Source: an uncultured Acidobacteriota bacterium (GTDB taxonomy: Bacteria; Acidobacteriota; Thermoanaerobaculia; Multivoradales; JAHEKO01). Taken from it: DNA of 64,000 nt. The DNA is taken from positions 576,001-640,000 of the forward strand of contig CAVQNG010000025.1 of the NCBI GenBank assembly GCA_963713825.1. Direction: 5' to 3'. Of this stretch, positions 29,157 through 38,376 are shown one piece after another. The position numbers were made by a program, and so were the translations under genes. The first letter of the stretch is position 1; every line of letters starts with the position of its first letter. The notes beneath the pieces are model-generated. The model saw only the letters and a program-made list of their open reading frames with translations. It was not told the DNA's origin and made no database searches.

Positions 29157-29786
29157 GTGGCACGATATACGGGACCCGTTTGCCGACTGTGTCGTCGGGA
29201 GCGGATGAAATTGTTCCTCAAGGGTGATCGCTGCTTCAAAGAGAAGTGTGCTATTGAGCGGCGAGCCTATCCGCCAGGTCAGCACGGCCAGCGCCGCGGA
29301 CGGCGGCCTTCTGGCTACGGCCCGCAGCTGCGGGAGAAACAGAAGGTCAAGCGAATCTACGGAGTGTTCGAAAAGCAGTTCCGGAACTACTTCGCAGCTG
29401 CTGCTGGCAAGAAGGGGGTCACAGGCGACAACCTCTTGATCAGTCTCGAACGGCGCCTGGACAACGTGGTCTATAGCCTGGGCTTCGCTTCATCGAGATC
29501 CCAGGCCCGGCAACTGGTGCGCCATGGCCACATCGAGGTCGACGGTCGCAAGACGACCATCCCTTCGTATCAGGTCAAGGCCGGCCAGCAGGTCGGGGTC
29601 AAGGAAAACAGCCGCAAGAACGAAATCATTCGAGTCAGCGTGGAGACCGCCAGAGGGCGGGGCATTCCGAGTTGGCTCGAGCTGGACCCAGAGAATTTTG
29701 TCGGCAAGGCCATTGCTCTGCCGACTCGCGACGACATCAAGCTGCCCGTTGAGGAGCAGTTGATCGTCGAGCTGTACAGTCGATAG
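29157..29786 (+). CDS. rpsD: 30S ribosomal protein S4, Zn-binding type
   Basis: [36 protein letters not shown]. Confidence 0.99.
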   Translation: MARYTGPVCRLCRRERMKLFLKGDRCFKEKCAIERRAYPPGQHGQRRGRRPSGYGPQLREKQKVKRIYGVFEKQFRNYFAAAAGKKGVTGDNLLISLERRLDNVVYSLGFASSRSQARQLVRHGHIEVDGRKTTIPSYQVKAGQQVGVKENSRKNEIIRVSVETARGRGIPSWLELDPENFVGKAIALPTRDDIKLPVEEQLIVELYSR

Positions 29787-29836
29787 TGGCTGGCTTCTGA
29801 GCGATCCAGGAAACGTCTCGAACAAGGAGTCGTCTT

Positions 29837-30820
29837 ATGCTTTGGAAGGGTTTCCAACGCCCCAAACGAATTGAAGTCGATGGCGAAACGCTGTCGCCGA
29901 CGTATGGCAAGTTCATCGCGCAGCCTTTCGAAAGAGGCTTCGCGACGACGGTGGGCAATGCGCTGCGTCGATCACTCCTCTCCTCGGTCGAAGGTGCCGC
30001 CATTACGTCGGTCCAGATCGAGGGAGTGTTGCACGAGTTCTCCTCCATGCCAGGCGTGGTCGAGGACGTCACAGACATCATCTTGAATCTCAAAGAGATT
30101 CCGATCCTGATGCATTCCGAGGGCCCGAAGTTTCTCAGCTTGGATGTGAGTGGGCCTGGAGAAATCACCGCTGGTCAGTTGACCGGTGACCCGCAGGTCG
30201 AGATCTGCGATCCCGATACGCACATCGCGACTTTGAACGAAGAGGGCAAGCTCAAGCTACAGGCTCAGGTCGTTCTCGGTCGGGGTTATGTCAGCGCCGA
30301 GAAGAACTTCGACGAGAGTCTGGGAATTGGCTGGATTCCGGTGGATTCCGTGCACTCTCCGGTCAAGCGCGTCACCTACAAGGTCGAGGCCGCCCGTGTC
30401 GGGCGCGCCACGGACTACGAGCGCCTCGTCATGGAATTGTGGACGAATGGCACGGTGAAGCCCGAAGAGGCGGTATCGCTTGGGGCCACTCTGCTCAAGG
30501 ATCACTTGACGATTTTCGTCGACTCCGAAGAGAGCATGGTCGAGGAAGTGGCGACCAGTGACGCCGATGAATTCTCCGGTATCGATGCGATTCTGTCGAA
30601 GTCGATTGACGAGTTGGACCTGTCGGTGCGGTCCGCCAATTGTTTGAAGAATGCCAGTATCTACACCTTGCGCGACCTGGTACGCAGGTCCGAGAAAGAC
30701 ATGCTCGAGACCAAGAACTTCGGTCGCAAGTCGCTCGAGGAGGTGCAGGATATTCTGACCAGTCTCGGTCTGCGGCTGGGAATGGACGTTCCCGAGGAGT
30801 CAGTCCGAGCGCCTTTCTAA
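29837..30820 (+). CDS. rpoA: DNA-directed RNA polymerase subunit alpha
   Basis: [35 protein letters not shown]. Confidence 0.99.
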   Translation: MLWKGFQRPKRIEVDGETLSPTYGKFIAQPFERGFATTVGNALRRSLLSSVEGAAITSVQIEGVLHEFSSMPGVVEDVTDIILNLKEIPILMHSEGPKFLSLDVSGPGEITAGQLTGDPQVEICDPDTHIATLNEEGKLKLQAQVVLGRGYVSAEKNFDESLGIGWIPVDSVHSPVKRVTYKVEAARVGRATDYERLVMELWTNGTVKPEEAVSLGATLLKDHLTIFVDSEESMVEEVATSDADEFSGIDAILSKSIDELDLSVRSANCLKNASIYTLRDLVRRSEKDMLETKNFGRKSLEEVQDILTSLGLRLGMDVPEESVRAPF

Positions 30821-30843
30821 AGGCCTCGAGCAAGGAGTCGTCA

Positions 30844-31272
30844 ATGCGTCATCAAGTCAAGGGTAGAAAACTGGGGCGGTCTCCCGCCCACCGCAAGGCT
30901 CTCTTTCGCAACCAGTTGAGCTCGCTGGTGAAGGCGGAGCGCATCCGGACGACGCTGCAAAAAGCCAAGGAGCTTCGCCCCCTGGCCGAGAAGGTCGTCA
31001 CGCAAGGTAAGCGCGACACTCTTCATGCGCGGCGCCAGGTCAACCGGCTGATCAGTGACCGGGAGCTGGTCAAGAAGCTGTTCGACGAGATCGCTCCTCG
31101 ATATCACGAGCGGCCGGGTGGCTACACGCGTATTATCAAGCTCGGGCCGCGCAAGGGCGATGGCGCTGAGATGGCTTATCTCGAGTTCGTCGACCGCGGT
31201 GAGGCCGAGACCGCAACGGACAAGAAGAGCAAGAAGGCAACCAAGAAGGCTAAGGCGAAGTCGGACGACTAG
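30844..31272 (+). CDS. rplQ: 50S ribosomal protein L17
   Basis: [12 protein letters not shown] and RPGGYTRI; ATG 30844 after AAGGAG; Lys-rich tail. Confidence 0.98.
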   Translation: MRHQVKGRKLGRSPAHRKALFRNQLSSLVKAERIRTTLQKAKELRPLAEKVVTQGKRDTLHARRQVNRLISDRELVKKLFDEIAPRYHERPGGYTRIIKLGPRKGDGAEMAYLEFVDRGEAETATDKKSKKATKKAKAKSDD

Positions 31273-31316
31273 CGGGCCCACACACGAGCTACGATTGGTT
31301 GTTTCGGCAGCCAGAC

Positions 31317-31355
31317 AAGAAAAACGACCGGCCATCACGGCCGGTCGTTTTTCTT
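31317..31355. terminator. Bidirectional intrinsic terminator between convergent rplQ and the EF-G paralogue
   Basis: Perfect inverted repeat AAGAAAAACGACCGGCC-atcac-GGCCGGTCGTTTTTCTT, giving T-tracts on both strands. Confidence 0.92.
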
Positions 31356-31377
31356 CTGCAGCCTGGAGGAAGTGAAA

Positions 31378-33471
31378 CTAGTGATGATGGTCCTCTTCCT
31401 TCTCCTTCTGCGCTGCGGCGATGATCTTCTCCTGGATCTGCCGGGGGACCTCTTCGTAGTGGAACATCTCCATGTGAAAACTGGAACGTCCCTGGGTCAT
31501 GGACCGCAACGCTGGGGAGTAGTCCAACATCTCGGATAGCGGCACTGTGGCGCTGACGACCTGCGAGCCGTTTTTGCTGTCCATGCCTTGCGGGCGACCG
31601 CGCCTCTGCGACAGGTCGCTCATGATGTCGCCCATGAACTCCTCGGTGGTCGTGATCTCGACCTTCATGATGGGCTCGAGGAGGGTGGGACCCGCCTTGG
31701 CCATGGCGTCCTTGAAGGCCAGTGATCCGGCGATCTTGAATGCCATCTCGGAGGAGTCGACATCGTGATATTGGCCATCTTGAAGCCGCACTTTGAAGCC
31801 GACCACGGGGTACCCGGCCAGATACCCCCGGTGCGCCGCCTCATGGATACCCTTCTCCACAGCTGGCCGGTAGCCTTGGGGAATCGAGCCACCAAAGATC
31901 TCGTCGATGAACTCGAACTCCTCGTCGCCGGTCGTCGGTTCGATGGTGATCCTGCAATCAGCGAATTGACCGCGTCCACCGGTCTGCTTCTTGTGTCGGC
32001 CATGCCCGGGCGCCGACTTTCGAATGGTCTCGCGGTAGGGCACCTTCGGAGGGTGCAGAATCACTTCCACGTTGAATCGCTTCTTGAGCTTCGCCACGGC
32101 GATCTCGACGTGGAGCTGGCCACTTCCCGCCAATAGGAATTCTCCGGTCTCGGCATTGCGCCGGCTGTGTAGCCTGGGATCTTCCTCCTGCAGGCGGGCC
32201 AGCGACTCACTGATCTTCTCTTCGTCACCCTTCGATTTCGGCTCGATGGCAAAAGCGATCGCATCCTCTCGTGGGGCTAGCCAGGCCAGCCTGACGGGCG
32301 AGGCCTTCTCACACAGCGTGTTTCCGGTATGGGCGTGCTTGAGTTTTGCGACACCGCCGATGTCGCCGGTCACCAGGCCTGGCACGGCGCTACCTGTCTT
32401 GCCCTGCATGACCATGAGATGTCCGACCTTCTCGTCCATCTCCTGCTGGAAATTCCAATACGGGGTATCGGACGCGAGTCTGCCCGAGACCACTCGCAGC
32501 AAGGAGACCTTGCCAGTGAATGGGTCGCTCAGCGTCTTGAATACCAGAGTGGCTACCTTGCCGTCCGGGTCACAAGCCAGGTCCTGCTCCTCGCCGCCGA
32601 AATCGACCGCTGGAAAGCTACCCCGATCAATGGGTGACGGCAGAGTCTCGACGATGGAGTCGAGCAGTGTGGCAGGGCCAATTCCATGTAGCGAAGAGCT
32701 CAACGTGACTGGGAAGAGCTTGCGCTCCTGTACAGCCCGACGCAGGCCTTCTTTGAGCTCGTCTGCGGACAGCTCGCCCGCTTCAAAGAACTTCTCGAGC
32801 AGGGCGTCATCGGTCTCCGCGACAGCCTCGACCAGAGCATTCTTCCACTGGTTGAAGTCCTCCTGCGCGGCTTCGGGAATGTCTGTTGTCTTGCCCTTGC
32901 CGTCTCCATCGTTGGTGAAGATCATGGCTCTGTCGCTGATCAGATCGATGACCCCCTCGAAGTCCTGGGAGAGGCCAATCGGCACCTGAATCGGAATCAC
33001 CTCCCGACCAAAGGCCTTCCGCATCTGCTCTACAGCGCTCTTGAGCTCGGCGCGATCTCGATCCATCTTGGTGAGATGAAGCATCACCGGTTGGCCAATC
33101 TGGGTGGCATACTCCCAGACCTTCTCGCTCGTAACCTCGACGCCCGAGGCGGCGTTGATGCACAGCAGGGTCGCGTCGGCAGCGCGCATGGCACTACGCG
33201 TCTCATCGAAGAAGATGCCATATCCAGGACAATCGAGAAGGTTGATCTTGTGCTGCTGCCAAGGGGTGAAACAGATGGCCAGGCCGATGGAGATGCCGCG
33301 GTCGATCTCTTCGGAATCGAAGTCGGTGATGGTGTTCCCGTCCTCGACCTTGTTGAGTCGATTGACGACACCGCCGGCGTAGAGCAGGGCGCTGGCCAGA
33401 GTCGTTTTACCGGTATCACTGTGGCCGGTAACAGCGACGTTTCTGATCATGTCTGGACTCTCGACCTGCAT
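31378..33471 (-). CDS. Elongation factor G paralogue (EF-G2 / FusA2-like)
   Basis: GHSDTGKTT, RGISI, DCPGY, TKMD, KKQTGGRGQF, HDVDSSEMAFK; AGGAGG RBS. Confidence 0.93.
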   Translation of the reverse strand: MQVESPDMIRNVAVTGHSDTGKTTLASALLYAGGVVNRLNKVEDGNTITDFDSEEIDRGISIGLAICFTPWQQHKINLLDCPGYGIFFDETRSAMRAADATLLCINAASGVEVTSEKVWEYATQIGQPVMLHLTKMDRDRAELKSAVEQMRKAFGREVIPIQVPIGLSQDFEGVIDLISDRAMIFTNDGDGKGKTTDIPEAAQEDFNQWKNALVEAVAETDDALLEKFFEAGELSADELKEGLRRAVQERKLFPVTLSSSLHGIGPATLLDSIVETLPSPIDRGSFPAVDFGGEEQDLACDPDGKVATLVFKTLSDPFTGKVSLLRVVSGRLASDTPYWNFQQEMDEKVGHLMVMQGKTGSAVPGLVTGDIGGVAKLKHAHTGNTLCEKASPVRLAWLAPREDAIAFAIEPKSKGDEEKISESLARLQEEDPRLHSRRNAETGEFLLAGSGQLHVEIAVAKLKKRFNVEVILHPPKVPYRETIRKSAPGHGRHKKQTGGRGQFADCRITIEPTTGDEEFEFIDEIFGGSIPQGYRPAVEKGIHEAAHRGYLAGYPVVGFKVRLQDGQYHDVDSSEMAFKIAGSLAFKDAMAKAGPTLLEPIMKVEITTTEEFMGDIMSDLSQRRGRPQGMDSKNGSQVVSATVPLSEMLDYSPALRSMTQGRSSFHMEMFHYEEVPRQIQEKIIAAAQKEKEEDHHH

Positions 33472-33671
33472 GCTTTGAACCTCCTATCGAGCCAACAAAA
33501 TGAGCCGTAACTATAGCACAGCAGCGGCGCTCTGATGGCGACTTTGATGGCCTCGTAACTTACGGAAAAAAAAGGACTTAAGGGGTCTTTGAATTCGACT
33601 TCAACGACTTGGTTTGAGTCCCCGACGCGCTGTGCGCTGGAGAGGAAATCGAGAGCCGTCCCAAGCACCAC

Positions 33672-35063
33672 TCAGGTGGGAACGTTGCCGGCTTCCAGCA
33701 CCTCCTGTGGCGCCACGACGGAGATTGGGCCGAAGCCCTCGAGCTGGGGTTCTAGCTTGTCCGCCGGGCCAACCGCCACGATCGTCATCCGAGTCGGTCG
33801 CAGGTGCTTCCTTGCCAATGATTGGATAGCCGTCGGCTCGAGATTGCGGACGATCTCGAGTTGTCGATCGAAGTAGTCGTCGGGAAGAGACGCGACCCCG
33901 AGGTCGGCCAAGCGACTGGCGAGGCCGTCGATCCGTTGCAGGGAATAGGGGAAGACTCCCAAAAGGTAGGTCTTGGTGTCCTGCAGCTCCTCTTCGCCGA
34001 CGCTTTCGTCTTGCAGTCGGTGCAGCTCTGCAAGGATCTTCTCGGTGCCGATCCCGACTCCCGCCGTTTCGACGTCGGCCGCGACTTGAAACGGACCGGG
34101 TCCGAGGCGGGAGGAGAAGCTGCTGCTGGCGCCGTAGGTTATGCCCAATTCTTCACGCAGGATGAGGTTGATGCGACTCGTGAACTTGCCGCCCAGAAGG
34201 CTGTTCAAGACCTGCAGTGATCCGAAGTCGGAATGGGTACGTGGGACGGAAGGGTGGGCGATTCGCAGTGTTGTCTGAGCGGCTTCCGCTCTGTCCACGA
34301 CAATGACTCTCGTCTCCTCCCGATCACGGCCTTGAATTGGTGCCGCGGCCCGCGGCTCGCCTCCGACCCAGCCGCCGAAAGCGTTCTCGATAGCTGCTTT
34401 CGCGGCCAACAGGTCGAGATCTCCCGTCAGGATCAGTGAGGAGCCTTGCGGGTTGAGATGCTGTTGATAGAAGCTGAGAAGAGAGTTGCGGTCGAGAGCC
34501 TGCACCGAATCGGAGGTGCCAAGCGGAGACTGCCCGTAGGCCGTCCCCGGATAGAGGGCCCCAGCCACGGCGTCGGTTGCCAGTGCGGAGGGCTGCGAGG
34601 CCCTCGTTTGCAGATTTGCCAGTCTCTGCTGGCGAAGTCGTTCGATCTCGCCTGCCGGGAAAGTGGCTTTATCGACGATATGAGCCAGCAGTTCGAGGCC
34701 TGCCGCCAGATGCTGTGACAGCAGGCTGATCGAGAGCCAGCTGGTGTTCCAGTCGGCCTGGCTGAACAGAAAGCCCCCCAGGCGGTCGACTCTCGCGGCG
34801 ATCTCCATGGCGGAGTAGTCCTCGGTTCCTTCATCGAGAAGCTCGGCCACCAGGGTGGCTCGCCCCGCCTTCGCTGGCGAATCGTGCCAGGCTCCAGCTG
34901 GGCAGGCCAGGTGCAGGCTTACCAGCGGACCGCGGTCGATCGAGGCCAGATAGACCTCGAGGCCGGACGGCAGTTGGAAATGATCGAAATGCGGGAAAGT
35001 GAAAGGGACGACGCCGCCCGGTGCGGGAGCCTTGGTGCGAATCTCGTTTTTGACGTTGTCCAC
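33672..35063 (-). CDS. M16 (pitrilysin) family peptidase, non-catalytic subunit
   Basis: M16 fold motifs without HXXEH; LGGKFTSRI...LREELGITYG R/Y motif. Confidence 0.88.
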   Translation of the reverse strand: MDNVKNEIRTKAPAPGGVVPFTFPHFDHFQLPSGLEVYLASIDRGPLVSLHLACPAGAWHDSPAKAGRATLVAELLDEGTEDYSAMEIAARVDRLGGFLFSQADWNTSWLSISLLSQHLAAGLELLAHIVDKATFPAGEIERLRQQRLANLQTRASQPSALATDAVAGALYPGTAYGQSPLGTSDSVQALDRNSLLSFYQQHLNPQGSSLILTGDLDLLAAKAAIENAFGGWVGGEPRAAAPIQGRDREETRVIVVDRAEAAQTTLRIAHPSVPRTHSDFGSLQVLNSLLGGKFTSRINLILREELGITYGASSSFSSRLGPGPFQVAADVETAGVGIGTEKILAELHRLQDESVGEEELQDTKTYLLGVFPYSLQRIDGLASRLADLGVASLPDDYFDRQLEIVRNLEPTAIQSLARKHLRPTRMTIVAVGPADKLEPQLEGFGPISVVAPQEVLEAGNVPT

Positions 35064-35079
35064 GCCCAGCCTCCTCAGG

Positions 35080-36351
35080 CTATCGGGGTATCACCCGAAT
35101 GGTGACGGCCTTTTCCGGGGTCAGGCGATCTCGGGCCACCGAGGCCAGATCCTCGGCACTTTGGCCGAGATAGCGTTCAATCTCGCTCGTGATGCGCTGC
35201 GGCTCGTCGAAATAGGTGGTGAACAGCGACAGCAGGTCGGCCCGGTCGTCGAGTGCCTGGAGTTGGTCACTGAACGAAGTGACGAGCTTGTTGCGTGCCC
35301 TTGCCAGGTCAGCGCTGCGGAGCTTGCCGCTGGCGACCGTCTCGATGGCGCCGTGGACGATCTCTTCCAGCTCTGCGAGATCGGTGTCTGGACGACCGGT
35401 TGCCACGACAACGAAACTGGCGGCCAACTCCGTTGGCAAGACGAAGGCGCTGACATCCTGTGCAATCTGACGCTCGTAGACCAGTTGCCGGTAGAGGGGA
35501 CTGGTCTTGCCGCCTGTCAAGGCTGCACTCAGGAGGTCGGCGGAGTACCATTCTGGTTCCCCGAAGGTAGGCAGTCTGAACGCCATATACACCCTCGGCA
35601 ACTGGATGTCGTCGTCGAGGGTCACAACCTGCCCGAGCATCTCGTCTGGCAGTGTGGCGTCGACTTCGGGACGCGCCAATCCTCTGGGAATCGGGCCAAA
35701 GTAGGTCTCGACGAGCCGCAGGGCTTCGTCTGGGTCGAAGTGACCGGCCAGAGTCAGCACCGCGTTGTCGGGTGTGTAGAAGGTGCGGAAAAAGGCCTCC
35801 ACATCCTCTTGTTCAGCGGCAGCGATGTCGTCCATGTAGCCGATCACCGGCCAATGATAGGGATGGCTGGCGGGGAAGAGCGTCTCGTTCAGGCGCTCGA
35901 AGGCCCGACCGTAGGGTTGATTGTCGACCCTTTGGCGACGCTCGTTCATCACGACTTCGCGCTGATTCTCGAGCTTCTCGCTGTCGAGGGCCGGCAGAAA
36001 GAAGCCCATTCGGTCGGACTCGAGCCACAGCCCCAAGCTCAGGCAGTGAGCCGGCAGAGTCTCGTAGTAGTTCGTGCGATCGAACCAGGTGGAGCCGTTG
36101 GCGACACCGCCAACCTGCTGCACGAGGCGAAAGTGGTCGTTCTTGCCGACATGCTGGCTGCCCTGGAACAGCATGTGCTCGAAGAGGTGTGCCAAGCCTG
36201 TCTTGCCAGGGACCTCGTTCTTCGAGCCGACGTGATACCAAAGGTTGATGGCCACCAGCGGTAGGCTGGTGTCGGGCTGCAGGACCACTTGCAGGCCGTT
36301 GGCCAGAGTGTGTCGCTCGATCGGAAATCGAGCTGAAGATACGGTGCTCAC
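35080..36351 (-). CDS. M16 (pitrilysin) family zinc peptidase, catalytic subunit
   Basis: WYHVGS, GLAHLFEHMLFQGS (HXXEH), ANGSTWFDRTNYYE, FYTPDNAVL. Confidence 0.93.
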   Translation of the reverse strand: MSTVSSARFPIERHTLANGLQVVLQPDTSLPLVAINLWYHVGSKNEVPGKTGLAHLFEHMLFQGSQHVGKNDHFRLVQQVGGVANGSTWFDRTNYYETLPAHCLSLGLWLESDRMGFFLPALDSEKLENQREVVMNERRQRVDNQPYGRAFERLNETLFPASHPYHWPVIGYMDDIAAAEQEDVEAFFRTFYTPDNAVLTLAGHFDPDEALRLVETYFGPIPRGLARPEVDATLPDEMLGQVVTLDDDIQLPRVYMAFRLPTFGEPEWYSADLLSAALTGGKTSPLYRQLVYERQIAQDVSAFVLPTELAASFVVVATGRPDTDLAELEEIVHGAIETVASGKLRSADLARARNKLVTSFSDQLQALDDRADLLSLFTTYFDEPQRITSEIERYLGQSAEDLASVARDRLTPEKAVTIRVIPR

Positions 36352-36365
36352 TCGCCGGTAGTCCT

Positions 36366-36995
36366 CTAGGGGTGGCGGAAGACGTATTCCTGGAACCCGT
36401 TGCGCAGGAGAAACGAAGTCTCGACCTCGAAATCGGCGAGCCAGCGTTTCAGGTCGGGTTCCTTGAAGAGGGGTGACGGACGCCCGATCTCTGAGTCGAT
36501 GGTGTAGGAGAGGGTTTCCGTGTCGATGATACGGAAACCGATCGGCTGGCTGGGCATCTCCTTGGAATTCGTGATGAGGGCGAAGATGAGACTGTCGGGT
36601 CGGCAGAGGCGAGCCAACTGGCGACCGAGGCTTGCCACCTGCTCGCCGCTCAGGTAGTTCAGAAGATCCCAGGCGAGGATGAGGTCGAAGGGGCCGAGGT
36701 CGTCCGGTGGGAGCTCTTTGGTGAGCAGGCGTTCGAGCAGCTTTGTGTCCTTGGGGAGTCCACCGGCTCGGCTCCTGAGAGTGTGGTGAAGATCGGCAAT
36801 GTAGAGCTTCGGGGCGTAGCGACCGACGAAGGAGACATTGGGTCCAGTGGCCGCTCCGAGGTCCAGGACCCTGGCTCGTCGCTTTTCCAGCATGCGGCGC
36901 AGAACATACTTCAATGCCAGAGTGTGGTGCTGAACCGAGCCCGATTTCAGCTGACTCGCCGCGTCGTTCCAGCGCTGTCGAGACCTCTGCTTCAC
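36366..36995 (-). CDS. Class I SAM-dependent methyltransferase-like protein
   Basis: RVLDLGAATG (motif I-like) and PFDLILAWDLLNYL. Start uncertain: GTG 36995 chosen, since the track's 37193 start overlaps the bactofilin gene. Confidence 0.65.
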   Translation of the reverse strand: MKQRSRQRWNDAASQLKSGSVQHHTLALKYVLRRMLEKRRARVLDLGAATGPNVSFVGRYAPKLYIADLHHTLRSRAGGLPKDTKLLERLLTKELPPDDLGPFDLILAWDLLNYLSGEQVASLGRQLARLCRPDSLIFALITNSKEMPSQPIGFRIIDTETLSYTIDSEIGRPSPLFKEPDLKRWLADFEVETSFLLRNGFQEYVFRHP

Positions 36996-37005
36996 ACGTT
37001 TGAGC

Positions 37006-37554
37006 CTAGGACCTTGAGAGTGGGTCCCCTGGAGGCTTCGACTTCGCCGGTGAGGCAGGCTGCCGAGGTCCACCAGAGGGAGTGGCCTGGATGCCAGGAC
37101 CCTTCCCCATAGCTGGTATCTGCTGACCAGGCTTGGGTTGAGCGTGCTGCGCGGCGCCTTCCATGTCGATCGAGCCCTTGAATCGCGACCCATTCTCGAG
37201 ATTGACCCGGGGTGCCACCAGGTTGCCCGTCACCTGGCCGGAGGCTTCGATGATGATCTCTTGTTCTCCGTACAGGTCTCCGATCACCTCGCCTTCGACG
37301 CGGATGGCTTTGGCGTGGATGTCCGCCTGGACCTTGCCTGATTTGCCGACCGTCACATCCTGTCCTCGTAACGAGATCTTGCCCTCGATGCGGCCCTGAA
37401 TTCTCAAGTTCTCCTGGCCAGTCACCTCACCTTTGATGGAGACACTGGTACCAATCATGGCCACTGACTCCGATCGCGGCTGGGGGCGGCTCGGCGGCGG
37501 CGGTGGAGCAGTGGGCTGTGCTGCGATGGGCTCGTCTTCCTTTTTCTTCCACAC
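37006..37554 (-). CDS. Bactofilin (polymer-forming cytoskeletal protein)
   Basis: Beta-helix repeats IGTSVSIKGEVTGQENLRIQGRIEGKI...VEGEVIGDL...GSRFKGSIDM; MWKKK N-terminus; Pro-rich flanks; GGAGG RBS. Confidence 0.92.
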   Translation of the reverse strand: MWKKKEDEPIAAQPTAPPPPPSRPQPRSESVAMIGTSVSIKGEVTGQENLRIQGRIEGKISLRGQDVTVGKSGKVQADIHAKAIRVEGEVIGDLYGEQEIIIEASGQVTGNLVAPRVNLENGSRFKGSIDMEGAAQHAQPKPGQQIPAMGKGPGIQATPSGGPRQPASPAKSKPPGDPLSRS

Positions 37555-37600
37555 CTTGGGAGCCTCCAGTTGAGATCAGCGAGTCGATGAGCGAATCCTG

Positions 37601-37670
37601 AGGGTATTGAGGGGTAGATGCAAAGTCAAGCCGTTTGACTTACGCTCGAGTTTCGCCCTAGAATCCTGCC
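37601..37670. promoter_or_regulatory. Back-to-back divergent sigma70-type promoters for lexA (+) and the bactofilin operon (-)
   Basis: + strand TTGACT(37635)-N18-TAGAAT(37659); - strand TTGACT-N17-TACCCT; the two -35 boxes form the palindrome AAGTCAA-N5-TTGACTT. Confidence 0.6.
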
Positions 37671-38291
37671 ATGGCCCGTTACCTCACGGAGCGACAAAAG
37701 CAGGTCTTGGACTTCGTGCGCCAGTTTGCGGCCGAAAACGGATACGCTCCCACGCATCGCGAGATCTGCGAGGAATTCGGATTCTCCTCGTATGGGACCG
37801 TCCACAAGCACCTCAAACTGCTTGAAAGCAAGGGCTATCTGCGCCGTCACTGGAACCAGAAGCGGGGCGTCGAGCTGTCGTCTCAGGCGGTCTCGGAGAG
37901 CGAGCCGAGTCTGTCGAGATTGCCCTTTTTTGGCCGCATCGCTGCCGGGCGCCCAATCGAAGCCGTTGCAGGAGACGAGAGCGTGACGGTTCCCGAGCAC
38001 CTTTTGGGAGCCGTTCCGGAAGACCATTTCGTCCTCAAGGTGGTTGGGGATTCGATGATTGAAGAGGGTATCCACGACGGCGACCTGGTTGTCGTTTCCC
38101 GGCGGGACGAGGCGGGTGTCGGCGAGATGGTCGTGGCGTTGGTGGGTGATGAAGCGACGCTCAAGCGATTCTTCCCTGAAGGTGACCGTGTCCGATTGCA
38201 GCCTGCCAATCAGCGCATGGAACCGATCTACGCCGCTGCCAATGAGGTCAGGGTGCAAGGGGTCGTCGTCGGCCTGATGCGTAAGTTCTGA
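37671..38291 (+). CDS. lexA: SOS transcriptional repressor LexA
   Basis: Winged HTH LTERQ...PTHREI...LESKGYL; Ala-Gly cleavage site GRIAAG; catalytic GDSM and TLKR. Confidence 0.95.
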   Translation: MARYLTERQKQVLDFVRQFAAENGYAPTHREICEEFGFSSYGTVHKHLKLLESKGYLRRHWNQKRGVELSSQAVSESEPSLSRLPFFGRIAAGRPIEAVAGDESVTVPEHLLGAVPEDHFVLKVVGDSMIEEGIHDGDLVVVSRRDEAGVGEMVVALVGDEATLKRFFPEGDRVRLQPANQRMEPIYAAANEVRVQGVVVGLMRKF

Positions 38292-38376
38292 CGCTCGACT
38301 CTCAACACCCCGCTGTCTGCTGTGGCCCATTCCCTAGGTCCAGGTGGAGTCTCTGTGTACAATCTGCCGTGAACCG

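Noticed and set aside
30640-30843. ORF-track N-terminal extension of L17 overlapping rpoA (similar over-extensions for L18, RpoC, the acyl-CoA ligase, the CCA-family enzyme and a permease)
   Set aside because: Canonical N-termini, most with an SD-like site, lie downstream. The extensions are artefacts of longest-ORF calling.
33568-33620. Short shared words (AAGGACTT / GGTTTGAGTC) between this spacer and the 52249-52270 spacer
   Set aside because: Only about 10-nt matches, with inconsistent relative orientation; compatible with chance.
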